Shown here: positions 50,609 through 59,603 of the stretch, piece by piece
Numbering within the stretch: position 1 is the first letter of the stretch
How the letters are laid out: each line of letters starts with the position of its first letter
Assembly: GCA_016649875.1 (NCBI GenBank)
Contig: JAENWW010000005.1
Coordinates: forward strand, 12,401-76,400
Direction of reading: 5' to 3'
Origin: Coriobacteriia bacterium
GTDB taxonomy: Bacteria; Actinomycetota; Coriobacteriia; WRKU01; JAENWW01
Length of the DNA: 64,000 nucleotides
Translations under genes and position numbers: made by a program
The notes under the pieces: model-generated
What the model was told of the DNA's origin: nothing
The model's input: the letters and a program-made list of their open reading frames with translations, nothing else
The model's database searches: none

Positions 50609-51700
50609 ATGGCTCACTATAACGTGACGCTTATTCCCGGTGATGGTATCGGTCCCGAAATAACCGATGCGATGCGTCGAGTCGTCGAGGCGACCGGTGT
50701 CGAGATAGAGTGGGATATCCAAAGTGCGGGCGCCACCGTCGTCGAAGAAGAGGGGACTCCGCTTCCTCGACGCGTCATCGATTCCATCAAACGGAATAAA
50801 GTCGCGATAAAAGGACCCGTCACCACGCCTGTCGGTACCGGCTTTCGCTCGATTAACGTCGCGCTCCGTAAAGAGCTCGACCTTTTCATAAGCCAGCGTC
50901 CTTCGCTCAGCATTCCCCATTCAGGCGCGCGCTATGATGATGTCGACATCGTGATTTTTCGTGAGAACACCGAAGATCTCTACGCCGGAATCGAATTCGA
51001 AATGGGGTCGAAAGGCGCGACCGAATTGCGTGCGATGCTTCGTTCGTTGGGTGCGGGAAAGATTGCCGAAGATGCCGGTATTTCCATAAAACCGATTTCT
51101 GTTCACGGATCGCGCCGAATTTTGGAGGCGGCATTCGAGTATGCGGTCGCCAACGGTCGTAAAAAAGTGACGGCGGTTCACAAAGCGAACATCATGAAGC
51201 ACTCGGATGGACTTTTTCTCTCGATTGCGCGCAAAGTCGCGGCCGAATACGCGGATAAAGGAATCGAGTTCAACGACATGATTGTGGATGCGACTTGTAT
51301 GAACCTCGTAATCGATCCTTCTCAGTTCGACGTTATCGTCACTATGAATCTTTACGGTGACATCCTTTCCGACCTCTGCGCCGGTTTGGTCGGCGGTCTC
51401 GGCATGGTTCCGGGGGCAAACATCGGCGCCGAAGAGGCGATATTCGAAGCGGTGCACGGAAGCGCTCCCGATATTGCCGGGCAAGGCATCGCCAATCCCA
51501 CGGCCATCTTTTTGACGAGCGCCATGATGCTCAATCATCTCGGAGAGCAGGAAGCGGCCGCAAGTATCACGAGAGCGGTGACTTCGGTCATCTCTGCGGG
51601 CGAGACGATTACCGGTGATTTGAAGAAAATAAGGACGGGAAGTATTCAAGGGGCTGCGACGACCGATGAATTCACCGATGCGGTCATAGCTCGGCTATAA
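50609..51700 (+). CDS. Isocitrate/isopropylmalate/homoisocitrate dehydrogenase family (IDH-like)
   Basis: PGDGIGPEI, KGPVTTPVGTGFRSINVALRK, RENTE, VHKANIMK, NLYGDILSD and EAVHGSAPDIAG motifs. Confidence 0.9.
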   Translation: MAHYNVTLIPGDGIGPEITDAMRRVVEATGVEIEWDIQSAGATVVEEEGTPLPRRVIDSIKRNKVAIKGPVTTPVGTGFRSINVALRKELDLFISQRPSLSIPHSGARYDDVDIVIFRENTEDLYAGIEFEMGSKGATELRAMLRSLGAGKIAEDAGISIKPISVHGSRRILEAAFEYAVANGRKKVTAVHKANIMKHSDGLFLSIARKVAAEYADKGIEFNDMIVDATCMNLVIDPSQFDVIVTMNLYGDILSDLCAGLVGGLGMVPGANIGAEEAIFEAVHGSAPDIAGQGIANPTAIFLTSAMMLNHLGEQEAAASITRAVTSVISAGETITGDLKKIRTGSIQGAATTDEFTDAVIARL

Positions 51701-51734
51701 TTGAGCAACCGGCACAACGGCTGATGGGACAGTT

Positions 51735-53171
51735 TTGAATAACGATAACGGGACACCGACCGCGCAGATTGCGAATTCCATGTCGAAGTGGTTTTTAGTC
51801 TGCACTTTCATCTGCATGGCGTTTATAACGCTCATGCCGAATAGAGATTTGTTCTTCATTCACAACGTTTGGCACATCAAAGTGTCGATATTCGTCGTAG
51901 ACATCCTTGCCGGCGGAGCGTTCATTTACTATCGATATCGCCGCCGAAATATGAGCGATGTTTCATTCAAAAGTCTCATAATGCAGTCGTGGCCCATTTT
52001 TTTCTTTGCAGCCGTTAACATCGGATATCTGTTCTGGGCTTATTTCCATGCGTCGGCCGCACCTTTCGGAAGAGTGGGCAACTCTAAATATTGGGGCAAT
52101 TATCTGATTACCCTCGTCGCTCTTCCCGCATCGTTTACTCTCGGCTATCTCAATAGAAAGAACGGAGAGAAGTATGTTCCTCTCTTTCTTTTCATCGTCA
52201 CGGCAGTTTCTCTCGCCGCCGGATTATTCCAGGCGGCGGCGGCGATGGGATATCCGAATATGGTGGCCGATGGCATACGCGCCATGAACAAACTGACCTC
52301 CTCTGCGATTGGGGTGTGGAACCCGGGACCATCCGAACCTTTCAGGGCCACGGGACTCGAAACGTATCCCGGATATTACGCATTTCCGATGATTTTCATC
52401 GTCGCATGGACTCTATCTGCAAAAAAAGCGCAACGTTTTAGAGTCACCGTCTTTCTCATGGCTTCTGCCGTCATACTTATCAGCGGATCGCGTGCTGCGC
52501 TGGTCGGCTATCTGGTTGTGTTGATTGCACGAGGATTTCAGGGGATCAAATCGGGAAAAGAGGGGCACGGCCTCAGAAACCGAAGAGCGTTGATCGCGCT
52601 TGTCTCCCTAGCGGCGGTGGTGCTCTCTATCGGGATAGGGTATATGACGATAAACAATTTGGGACCATTTGCCCGACCCGAGGTTCCCCAATCCGAAATC
52701 AAAAATGTGCTGGCCGGTGGGAAGAGCAGTGAGAATGCCGCCTCGTCTATTTTATCGACGTTGTCGAGCGGGCGCACTGACCTGTGGGCGCAAATAATAC
52801 CCCTTATCGCTCAACATCCGCTCGGGTCCGGCTACCAAATCGCGGTGGTTCTCAACCGAGCTCACGCCCATAATGATTTTCTCAATCTATGGTTTTGGGG
52901 AGGACCGTTTCTCGTCATTCCCTGGATTATCGTACTTGTATGGTTGTACGGTTTTACGAAAAAGACGAGCGCACCGCGCTTGGGTGGTTTGATAGTTTTC
53001 GGGACGCTCGGGGCGGGTATGTTCGACGTGTTTTTCGCCGGCGCCCCCGTTATGGCTCTCGCGCTTTTCCTCCTCGGCATGATGGTGATACCCAAAGTCG
53101 GAACGGAAGAGCGTTCGACTGAGATTTCTTCGCAGGTACCGTTCGATTCGATTCCTAAGGAACGTTCATGA
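51735..53171 (+). CDS. O-antigen ligase / polymerase-like polytopic membrane protein
   Basis: About 11-12 TM helices, ISGSRAA, SSGR..LW and HAHNDFL (Wzy_C-like). The start is uncertain. Confidence 0.7.
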   Translation: MNNDNGTPTAQIANSMSKWFLVCTFICMAFITLMPNRDLFFIHNVWHIKVSIFVVDILAGGAFIYYRYRRRNMSDVSFKSLIMQSWPIFFFAAVNIGYLFWAYFHASAAPFGRVGNSKYWGNYLITLVALPASFTLGYLNRKNGEKYVPLFLFIVTAVSLAAGLFQAAAAMGYPNMVADGIRAMNKLTSSAIGVWNPGPSEPFRATGLETYPGYYAFPMIFIVAWTLSAKKAQRFRVTVFLMASAVILISGSRAALVGYLVVLIARGFQGIKSGKEGHGLRNRRALIALVSLAAVVLSIGIGYMTINNLGPFARPEVPQSEIKNVLAGGKSSENAASSILSTLSSGRTDLWAQIIPLIAQHPLGSGYQIAVVLNRAHAHNDFLNLWFWGGPFLVIPWIIVLVWLYGFTKKTSAPRLGGLIVFGTLGAGMFDVFFAGAPVMALALFLLGMMVIPKVGTEERSTEISSQVPFDSIPKERS

Positions 53172-54463
53172 GACTGGAAGATAAGTTAAAAAACGGAACT
53201 GCCGTCTTCGGTGTCGTCGGTTTGGGCTATGTCGGGTTGCCTCTCGCCGTCGAGATGGGGAAGGCTGGGAATAACGTCATCGGTTTTGAAGTCTCGGCCG
53301 AAAAAGCGAATTCGGTGAATGCCGGAGAGAGCTATATCCCCGATGTTTCGACAGACGAACTTGCTGATTTGGTGAAGCGCGGTATTTTGCGTGCAACGAC
53401 CGACTTTTCGCAGGCGTCTGAGTGCGATGCCATAGCTATCTGCGTACCGACGCCTCTCGACAAGATGCGCGACCCCGACGTGAGCTTCATGGTGAGCGCT
53501 GCAAGAGAAATCGCACCCCACATCACGGCAGACACTCTTGTCACCTTGGAGTCGACGACCTATCCGGGCACCACCGAAGAGATTTTGAAGCCGATCATCG
53601 AATCGACGGGGTTGAAAGTCGGCGAAAGTGTGTTTCTCGCATTTTCTCCCGAACGCATCGATCCCGGCAATCCGGTTTACCAAACGAAGAACACGCCCAA
53701 GGTCGTCGGGGGTTGTACTCCCAAGTGCACGAAATTGGCCGTCATGTTCTATGAACGATTTTTGACCACGATCGTCCCGGTGAGTTCATCTCAGGCGGCC
53801 GAGATGACGAAACTTCTCGAAAATATTTTCCGCTGTGTGAACATCGCTTTGGTTAACGAACTCGCGCAACTCGCGAATCGTATGAACATCGATATTTGGG
53901 AAGTCATCGATGCGGCGAAAACCAAGCCTTTCGGATTCATGCCGTTTTATCCAGGCCCCGGTCTGGGCGGACACTGTATTCCCGTCGATCCGTTTTATTT
54001 GAGCTGGAAAGCGCGTGAGTTCGACTTTCAGACCGAATTCATCGATCTTGCCGGTAAAGTAAACGAGGATATGCCGTACTTCGTCGTCGAGCGACTCATG
54101 AATGCGCTCAATGCGCATCGCAAGCCACTCGCAGGTTCACGCGTGCTGGTTCTTGGAGTCGCCTATAAAAGCAATGTCGGCGATATGCGTGAGAGTCCCG
54201 CCACCAAAGTCATCGACTTGATGGCCGCAAAAGAGGCTGAAATCGTCTACCATGATCCTTTCGTCGATTCGTATAACTACGACGGGCTCGAAATCGAGAG
54301 AGTCGAGCTGACGGCGGAGGAAATCGAGGCGGCCGATGTCGTTTTGGTTTTGACGGCGCATAGAAACGTCGATTATGCGCTCGTGGCACGACACGCGAAG
54401 CTCGTGTTCGACACCAGAAACGTGATGGGATCGTACGATTCGCCCAACGTCATTCTGCTTTGA
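53168..54463 (+). CDS. Nucleotide-sugar (UDP-GlcNAc/GalNAc-type) 6-dehydrogenase
   Basis: GLGYVGLP, CVPTP, ESTTYPGTT, SPERIDPG, GGHCIPVDP and RESP motifs. Confidence 0.92.
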   Translation: MRLEDKLKNGTAVFGVVGLGYVGLPLAVEMGKAGNNVIGFEVSAEKANSVNAGESYIPDVSTDELADLVKRGILRATTDFSQASECDAIAICVPTPLDKMRDPDVSFMVSAAREIAPHITADTLVTLESTTYPGTTEEILKPIIESTGLKVGESVFLAFSPERIDPGNPVYQTKNTPKVVGGCTPKCTKLAVMFYERFLTTIVPVSSSQAAEMTKLLENIFRCVNIALVNELAQLANRMNIDIWEVIDAAKTKPFGFMPFYPGPGLGGHCIPVDPFYLSWKAREFDFQTEFIDLAGKVNEDMPYFVVERLMNALNAHRKPLAGSRVLVLGVAYKSNVGDMRESPATKVIDLMAAKEAEIVYHDPFVDSYNYDGLEIERVELTAEEIEAADVVLVLTAHRNVDYALVARHAKLVFDTRNVMGSYDSPNVILL

Positions 54464-54596
54464 TTTTCTTCTCTGTCGTATCGGTGTCGAAAATCGGTCG
54501 GGTTGTGTTGAAAATAAAATAAGTGTTACACTGAAAATCCGCGCGAGCGTCTGTGGAATCGCAGGCATCGCGGCGGTATTTACAATTGAAAAGTAA

Positions 54597-54885
54597 GGCT
54601 ATGACGAAGAAAGTAGAGGCCATCTGCGCCCCCAGAGAATCGGGATATCAGCTGGAAGCCCGATGCACAGACGTCTTGAAACACCACTTCACCAGCCACC
54701 TGGAACAAAGTTTTGTCAGTGCATGGATGACCTCCGAGCACTGATGCAGACCGTTAAGCCGGGTCGGTGGCAACCGTTATCTGCCGTATCGGTATGTCGA
54801 TATACACCAATTTCTCGGTGGCTTTGAAGATTGCGTGACGCCTTCTTCGCGCCTCTCTTCCAGGTACGGTGGGCTTTTCTCTTTC
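54597..54885 (+). promoter_or_regulatory. T-box-like riboswitch leader (divergent)
   Basis: Stem I landmarks: GCTATGA, AAAGTA (loop E), AGAGA box, GCTGGAA distal loop and a GAAACACCA specifier loop closed by GAAG/CTTC. Then a long stem II and a GGCA-ACCGTTATC-TGCC stem IIA. No canonical TGGNACC was found. Confidence 0.6.
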
Positions 54886-54952
54886 ATACCATGCGGCTAA
54901 CTTGCTCATCACCTGGCAGAAAAGGTGCGAGATGGACAGGATTGGCAAGCGC

Positions 54953-56776
54953 ATGGATTCAAACAGTCGGCATGTTTCCGACAAAAAAAGCAAGACGGAT
55001 AAGACTCACAAGACGAAATCGCTTAGGCTCACGGGAGCTCGTGCTTTCGTGGAGTGTCTGCGCGAGCAGGGTGTCGAACAGATTTTCGGCTACCCGGGCG
55101 CAGTGGCTTTACCGCTCTTCGATGAACTCTACGATGCCTCCGACATAAAGGTGCTTCTTCCGCGCCATGAGGCGGCCGCCGTGCACATGGCGGACGGTTA
55201 TGCCCGTTCCACCGGTAAAGTCGGTGTCGTGCTTGTCACGAGTGGACCGGGTGCTACCAATACCGTAACCGGAATCGCCAATGCGTACATGGACTCCGTT
55301 CCCGTCGTCGTGTTCACCGCGCAGGTTGCCACATCGGTGCTCGGAACCGATGCATTCCAAGAAGCCGATATAACCGGCATAACGCTTCCCATCACCAAGC
55401 ATAGCTATCTTGTCAAGTCGGGCGAGGAACTCTGCGCCGCCATTTCAGAAGGCTTCCATATCGCTTCGACGGGGCGTCCAGGTCCGGTCGTCATCGACAT
55501 ACCGGTCGATGTCGCGCAGGCGGTGTTCGATTTTGTACCGAGTGATCGCGTTCAAGTTCCCGGTTACAAGCCGACCACACGCGGTAATGCCAAGCAGATT
55601 TTGCAGGCGGCAAACGCCCTGAAAAAGCATGCCCGTCCGGTTCTTTACGTCGGTGGTGGCGTTGTCTCCGCAGGGGCATCCGCCGAGCTCAAAGAGCTTG
55701 CCGAGTCGATGGAGATTCCTGTTGCCACCACACTGATGGCACGCGGTGTGTTTCCCGAAGACCACCATTTGTGGATCGGTATGCCGGGGATGCACGGCGC
55801 GAAGTACACCAATTACGCAATGACTGAAGCCGATCTCATCATCGCCGTCGGAGTTCGTTTCGACGATCGCATCACCGGAAAAGTATCCGAGTTCGCAAAG
55901 AACGCCTTCATCATCCATATCGATATCGATCCGGCTGAAATCGGTAAAATCAAGGCCGTCGATGTTCCCATCGTCGGAGATGCGCGCGATATTTTGGGGA
56001 GGATCGTCGAGATCCTCGAAAAAGAAGAAGCTCAGCCGATGTCGCACACATGGCTCGAACAAATCGACGAGTGGCGAGATGAGAACCCCTTCGAATACGA
56101 TGAAGCGGCGGCGAAGAAAAAAGTCCTCCCCGAAGTCATCATCGAACATGTCATGAAGTTCACGCAAGAGCGTGACACGATCTATGCGACCGAAGTCGGT
56201 CAAAATCAAATGTGGGCCGCACAATATGCGCATCCGCGCGGCGCACGCACGTGGATTACCAGTGGGGGGCTCGGGGCCATGGGATTCGGTTTTCCGGCAA
56301 GTATCGGCGCCCAAATCGGTAATCCGAACGCGCTCGTCGTTTGTTTCGCGGGCGACGGTTCCCTTCAAATGAATATTCAAGAGCTTGCAACGGTATCGAG
56401 CAATAATATCCCGGTGAAGATCATCGTTTTGAACAACGGCGCGCTCGGCATGGTGCGTCAATGGCAGGGGCTCTTTTATAACGAGCGTTTCGCCCTTTCC
56501 ACTCTTCCACTCGATTGTCCCGATTTCGTAGTGCTCGCCCAAGCCTACGGCATACAGGGTCTGCGCATCGACAAGCCTTCGCAGATCGATTCCGTTTTGG
56601 CGAAAGCGTTCGAACACGACGGTCCCGTGCTGGTCGACTGTCGTATTCCCGCCGATGAGATGGTGTTTCCCATGGTCGCGCCCGGTGCCTCCATCGCCCA
56701 AATGCTCGGAGGAGTTCCCGGAGAGGGCATACATACGATGATCGATGCGCACGCGTCACGCAAGGAGGCCAAATAA
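54953..56776 (+). CDS. ilvB: Acetolactate synthase large subunit
   Basis: FGYPGA, RHE, TSGPGATN, DAFQEAD, GDGSLQMN and LGMVRQWQ motifs. The start could be 54932. Confidence 0.95.
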   Translation: MDSNSRHVSDKKSKTDKTHKTKSLRLTGARAFVECLREQGVEQIFGYPGAVALPLFDELYDASDIKVLLPRHEAAAVHMADGYARSTGKVGVVLVTSGPGATNTVTGIANAYMDSVPVVVFTAQVATSVLGTDAFQEADITGITLPITKHSYLVKSGEELCAAISEGFHIASTGRPGPVVIDIPVDVAQAVFDFVPSDRVQVPGYKPTTRGNAKQILQAANALKKHARPVLYVGGGVVSAGASAELKELAESMEIPVATTLMARGVFPEDHHLWIGMPGMHGAKYTNYAMTEADLIIAVGVRFDDRITGKVSEFAKNAFIIHIDIDPAEIGKIKAVDVPIVGDARDILGRIVEILEKEEAQPMSHTWLEQIDEWRDENPFEYDEAAAKKKVLPEVIIEHVMKFTQERDTIYATEVGQNQMWAAQYAHPRGARTWITSGGLGAMGFGFPASIGAQIGNPNALVVCFAGDGSLQMNIQELATVSSNNIPVKIIVLNNGALGMVRQWQGLFYNERFALSTLPLDCPDFVVLAQAYGIQGLRIDKPSQIDSVLAKAFEHDGPVLVDCRIPADEMVFPMVAPGASIAQMLGGVPGEGIHTMIDAHASRKEAK

Positions 56777-57261
56777 TGCAGCATACCATTTCGGTTCTCG
56801 TCGAGAACAAACCAGGTGTCTTGACGCGGGTGACTTCTCTTTTCGCGCGTCGTGGATTCAACATCGATTCCCTGGCGGTGGGGGAGACCGAAGACCCCAG
56901 TATTTCTCGCATCACCGTCGTGACGGGCGCCGAGTCGGTCCCCCTCGAGCAAATCACCAAGCAGGTGTACAAACTGATCAACGTCATCAAGGTGACCACT
57001 CTCACGCCGCATGATTCGATTTCGCGCGAGCTCGCGATGTTCAAAGTCATTTGTCCTCCCGAGCGCAGGCATGAAGTGTTTGCAATCGTGAATGTTTTCG
57101 AGGCGAAGGTCGTCGATGTCTCAAAGGACTCGGTTATGGTCGAGGCGACCGGGACCACAGACAAGCTCGAATCGCTCGAAGATATTTTCAAGGGTTACGG
57201 AATAAAAGAGATGGCGCGGACCGGCGTCATCGCACTCAGTCGTGGTTCCAAGGAGAAATAA
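56776..57261 (+). CDS. ilvN: Acetolactate synthase small subunit
   Basis: VLVENKPGVLTRVTSLFARRGFNIDSL ACT domain. Confidence 0.95.
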   Translation: MQHTISVLVENKPGVLTRVTSLFARRGFNIDSLAVGETEDPSISRITVVTGAESVPLEQITKQVYKLINVIKVTTLTPHDSISRELAMFKVICPPERRHEVFAIVNVFEAKVVDVSKDSVMVEATGTTDKLESLEDIFKGYGIKEMARTGVIALSRGSKEK

Positions 57262-57273
57262 GGGTGCGCGAAT

Positions 57274-58365
57274 ATGACAGACGATATGCAAACCGAGAGG
57301 AAGACGGATGCTGTCCGTGAACCGGCTCACATTTACAAAGAGCAGGATTGTAACCCGGAGATTATCGCGAACAGTGTGGTGTCCATCATCGGATACGGAG
57401 CACAGGGCCATGCACAGGCGCTCAATCTTAAGGATTCGGGAGTGCACGTCATCGTGGGTCTTCGCCCGGGCAGTCCCAACCGGAAAGTCGCACAAGATGC
57501 GGGGTTCGAGGTGGCAGACATCGACGAGGCCACGAAAAAAGGCGACCTCATCATGATGCTCATCCCCGACGAGGTACAGGCGGAAACATATCGCGAGCAC
57601 ATCGAGCCGTATATGACTTCGGACAAAACACTCGCATTCGCGCACGGGTTCAATATTCTCTTCGAGAAAATCAAGCCGTCGCCCGATATCGATGTCATCT
57701 TGATCGCCCCGAAGGGGCAGGGGCACATGCTGCGCCGAATGTTTTCAATCGGCTCGGGAGTACCTGGCCTCGTCGGTGTCGCCCAAGACGTGTCCGGCCG
57801 CGCATGGGATAGGGCGTTCAGCTATGCCCAGGCAATCGGGTGCGCGCGTATGGGGATTTTAAAGACGACGTTTGCCGAGGAAGCGACATGCGACCTCTTC
57901 GGCGAACAAGCGGTTCTATGCGGAGGAGCGATGGAGCTCATGCGCGCCGGATTCCAGACGCTCGTCGATGCCGGTTATCAGCCGGAAATCGCTTATTTCG
58001 AGTGCATCCATGAGATGAAACTCATCGTCGACCTGGTCTACGAGAACGGGTTCGGCGACATGTTCAAAGTCATATCCAACACCGCCGAGTTCGGCGGTTA
58101 CCGCACGGGAAAAACCATCGTCACCGATCAAACGCGCGCCGCCATGAGGGCGTGCCTGAAAGATATCGAAGACGGCACATTTGCCTCCGCATGGATGAAC
58201 GAGTGCACAACGCCGCAGGGGAAAACCGACTTCACCGCCGAGCGTGCGGCGCATGCGGAAGGTCTCGAGGAAATCGTCGGCAAACGATTGCGCTCCGCAT
58301 TCACTCCTTGCGAAAAAGTAACGATCCGACCACAAGAGCCGCAAGATGAAAGGGAACAGAAATGA
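57274..58365 (+). CDS. ilvC: Ketol-acid reductoisomerase
   Basis: IGYGAQGHA, FAHGFNI, DLFGEQAVLCGG, AYFECIHE and ISNTAEFG motifs. Confidence 0.95.
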   Translation: MTDDMQTERKTDAVREPAHIYKEQDCNPEIIANSVVSIIGYGAQGHAQALNLKDSGVHVIVGLRPGSPNRKVAQDAGFEVADIDEATKKGDLIMMLIPDEVQAETYREHIEPYMTSDKTLAFAHGFNILFEKIKPSPDIDVILIAPKGQGHMLRRMFSIGSGVPGLVGVAQDVSGRAWDRAFSYAQAIGCARMGILKTTFAEEATCDLFGEQAVLCGGAMELMRAGFQTLVDAGYQPEIAYFECIHEMKLIVDLVYENGFGDMFKVISNTAEFGGYRTGKTIVTDQTRAAMRACLKDIEDGTFASAWMNECTTPQGKTDFTAERAAHAEGLEEIVGKRLRSAFTPCEKVTIRPQEPQDEREQK

Positions 58366-59528
58366 GCATGCAAAAGAAATATCTGATGACACCGGGACCG
58401 ACCCCGGTACCCGCCGAAGTGCTGCTGAAAATGGCATCTCCGATGATTCACCATCGCACTCCTGACTTCTCGGCGGCGTTTCGCGCGAGTATCGAAGGCC
58501 TCAAGTACGTGTTCGATACCGAGAGAAGCGATGTGATGCTGTTCGCCTCGTCGGGGACCGGTGCGATGGAATCGGCTATCGTCAACACGCTTTCTGCAGG
58601 CGATACCGTCATCATCGCGCGCAACGGCAAGTTCGGCGATCGCCAAAAGCAAATTTGCCAAGCATACGGTGTGAAGGTCGAAGATCTCGAGTACGAGTGG
58701 ACGCAGACGGTCAAGCCTGCCGATATCGAGGCGAAACTGGCAGCGCTCGCAGCCGAAGGCATCACGCCTGCCGCGGTAATCGTGACGCAATCGGAAACCT
58801 CCACAGGCGTGCTCAACGACGTTAAGGCGATCGGCGCGATTGTCAAAAACTACCCCGACACCATACTTATCGTCGACTCCATCACCGGTATCGGGGCCGT
58901 CGAGTGTAAGACCGACGAGTGGGGTCTGGATGTGGTCATGACCGGTTCGCAAAAGGGGCTCATGCTCCCACCGGGTCTTGCCGCGCTCACCGTCTCTCCG
59001 AAAGCGTGGAAGGCCTACGAACGCTCGACGTTGCCGAAATTCTACTTCGATTGGATGAAGTATAAAAAGAGCGTCGACAAGGACACCACACCGTTTACTC
59101 CTGCGGTTTCTCTCGTGCTCGGGCTCAACGTGGCGCTTGCGATGATTCGCGAGGAAGGCCTCGAAAACACCATCGCGCGTCACTCACGCTTGGCCGAGGC
59201 GACCAGAAAAGGGTGCGAGGCGTTAGGACTTGAAATTTTCGCACCTGAAGACGGGCGCAGTAGTGCGGTGACTCCCGTATGGGTTCCCGAGGGTATCGAC
59301 GGCAAGCAAATCGTCAGCGTGCTCAAGAATCGCTACGGTGTGACGATCGCCGGTGGACAAGATCACCTCGTCGGGAAAATCATCCGTATAGGACACCTCG
59401 GGTATTTCGGGGAGTTCGATATCATCACAACGCTGTCGGCCCTTGAAATGACACTTGCCTCACTCGGCTACGAATTCGAGCGCGGCTCAGGGATCAAGGC
59501 AGCTGAAGAAGTGTTCATGGCCGAGTAA
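58362..59528 (+). CDS. Class V PLP aminotransferase (alanine-glyoxylate family; probable phosphoserine aminotransferase)
   Basis: LMTPGPT, SGTGAME, SETSTG and GSQKGLMLPPG motifs. It sits directly upstream of serA. Confidence 0.82.
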   Translation: MSMQKKYLMTPGPTPVPAEVLLKMASPMIHHRTPDFSAAFRASIEGLKYVFDTERSDVMLFASSGTGAMESAIVNTLSAGDTVIIARNGKFGDRQKQICQAYGVKVEDLEYEWTQTVKPADIEAKLAALAAEGITPAAVIVTQSETSTGVLNDVKAIGAIVKNYPDTILIVDSITGIGAVECKTDEWGLDVVMTGSQKGLMLPPGLAALTVSPKAWKAYERSTLPKFYFDWMKYKKSVDKDTTPFTPAVSLVLGLNVALAMIREEGLENTIARHSRLAEATRKGCEALGLEIFAPEDGRSSAVTPVWVPEGIDGKQIVSVLKNRYGVTIAGGQDHLVGKIIRIGHLGYFGEFDIITTLSALEMTLASLGYEFERGSGIKAAEEVFMAE

Positions 59529-59603
59529 GGGCGACTCCAGGCGTTGCGTGCGTGTCGGAGAAGGTAAGTTCATCAATCACCTGTTTTATGGATGGAGAAC
59601 ACA

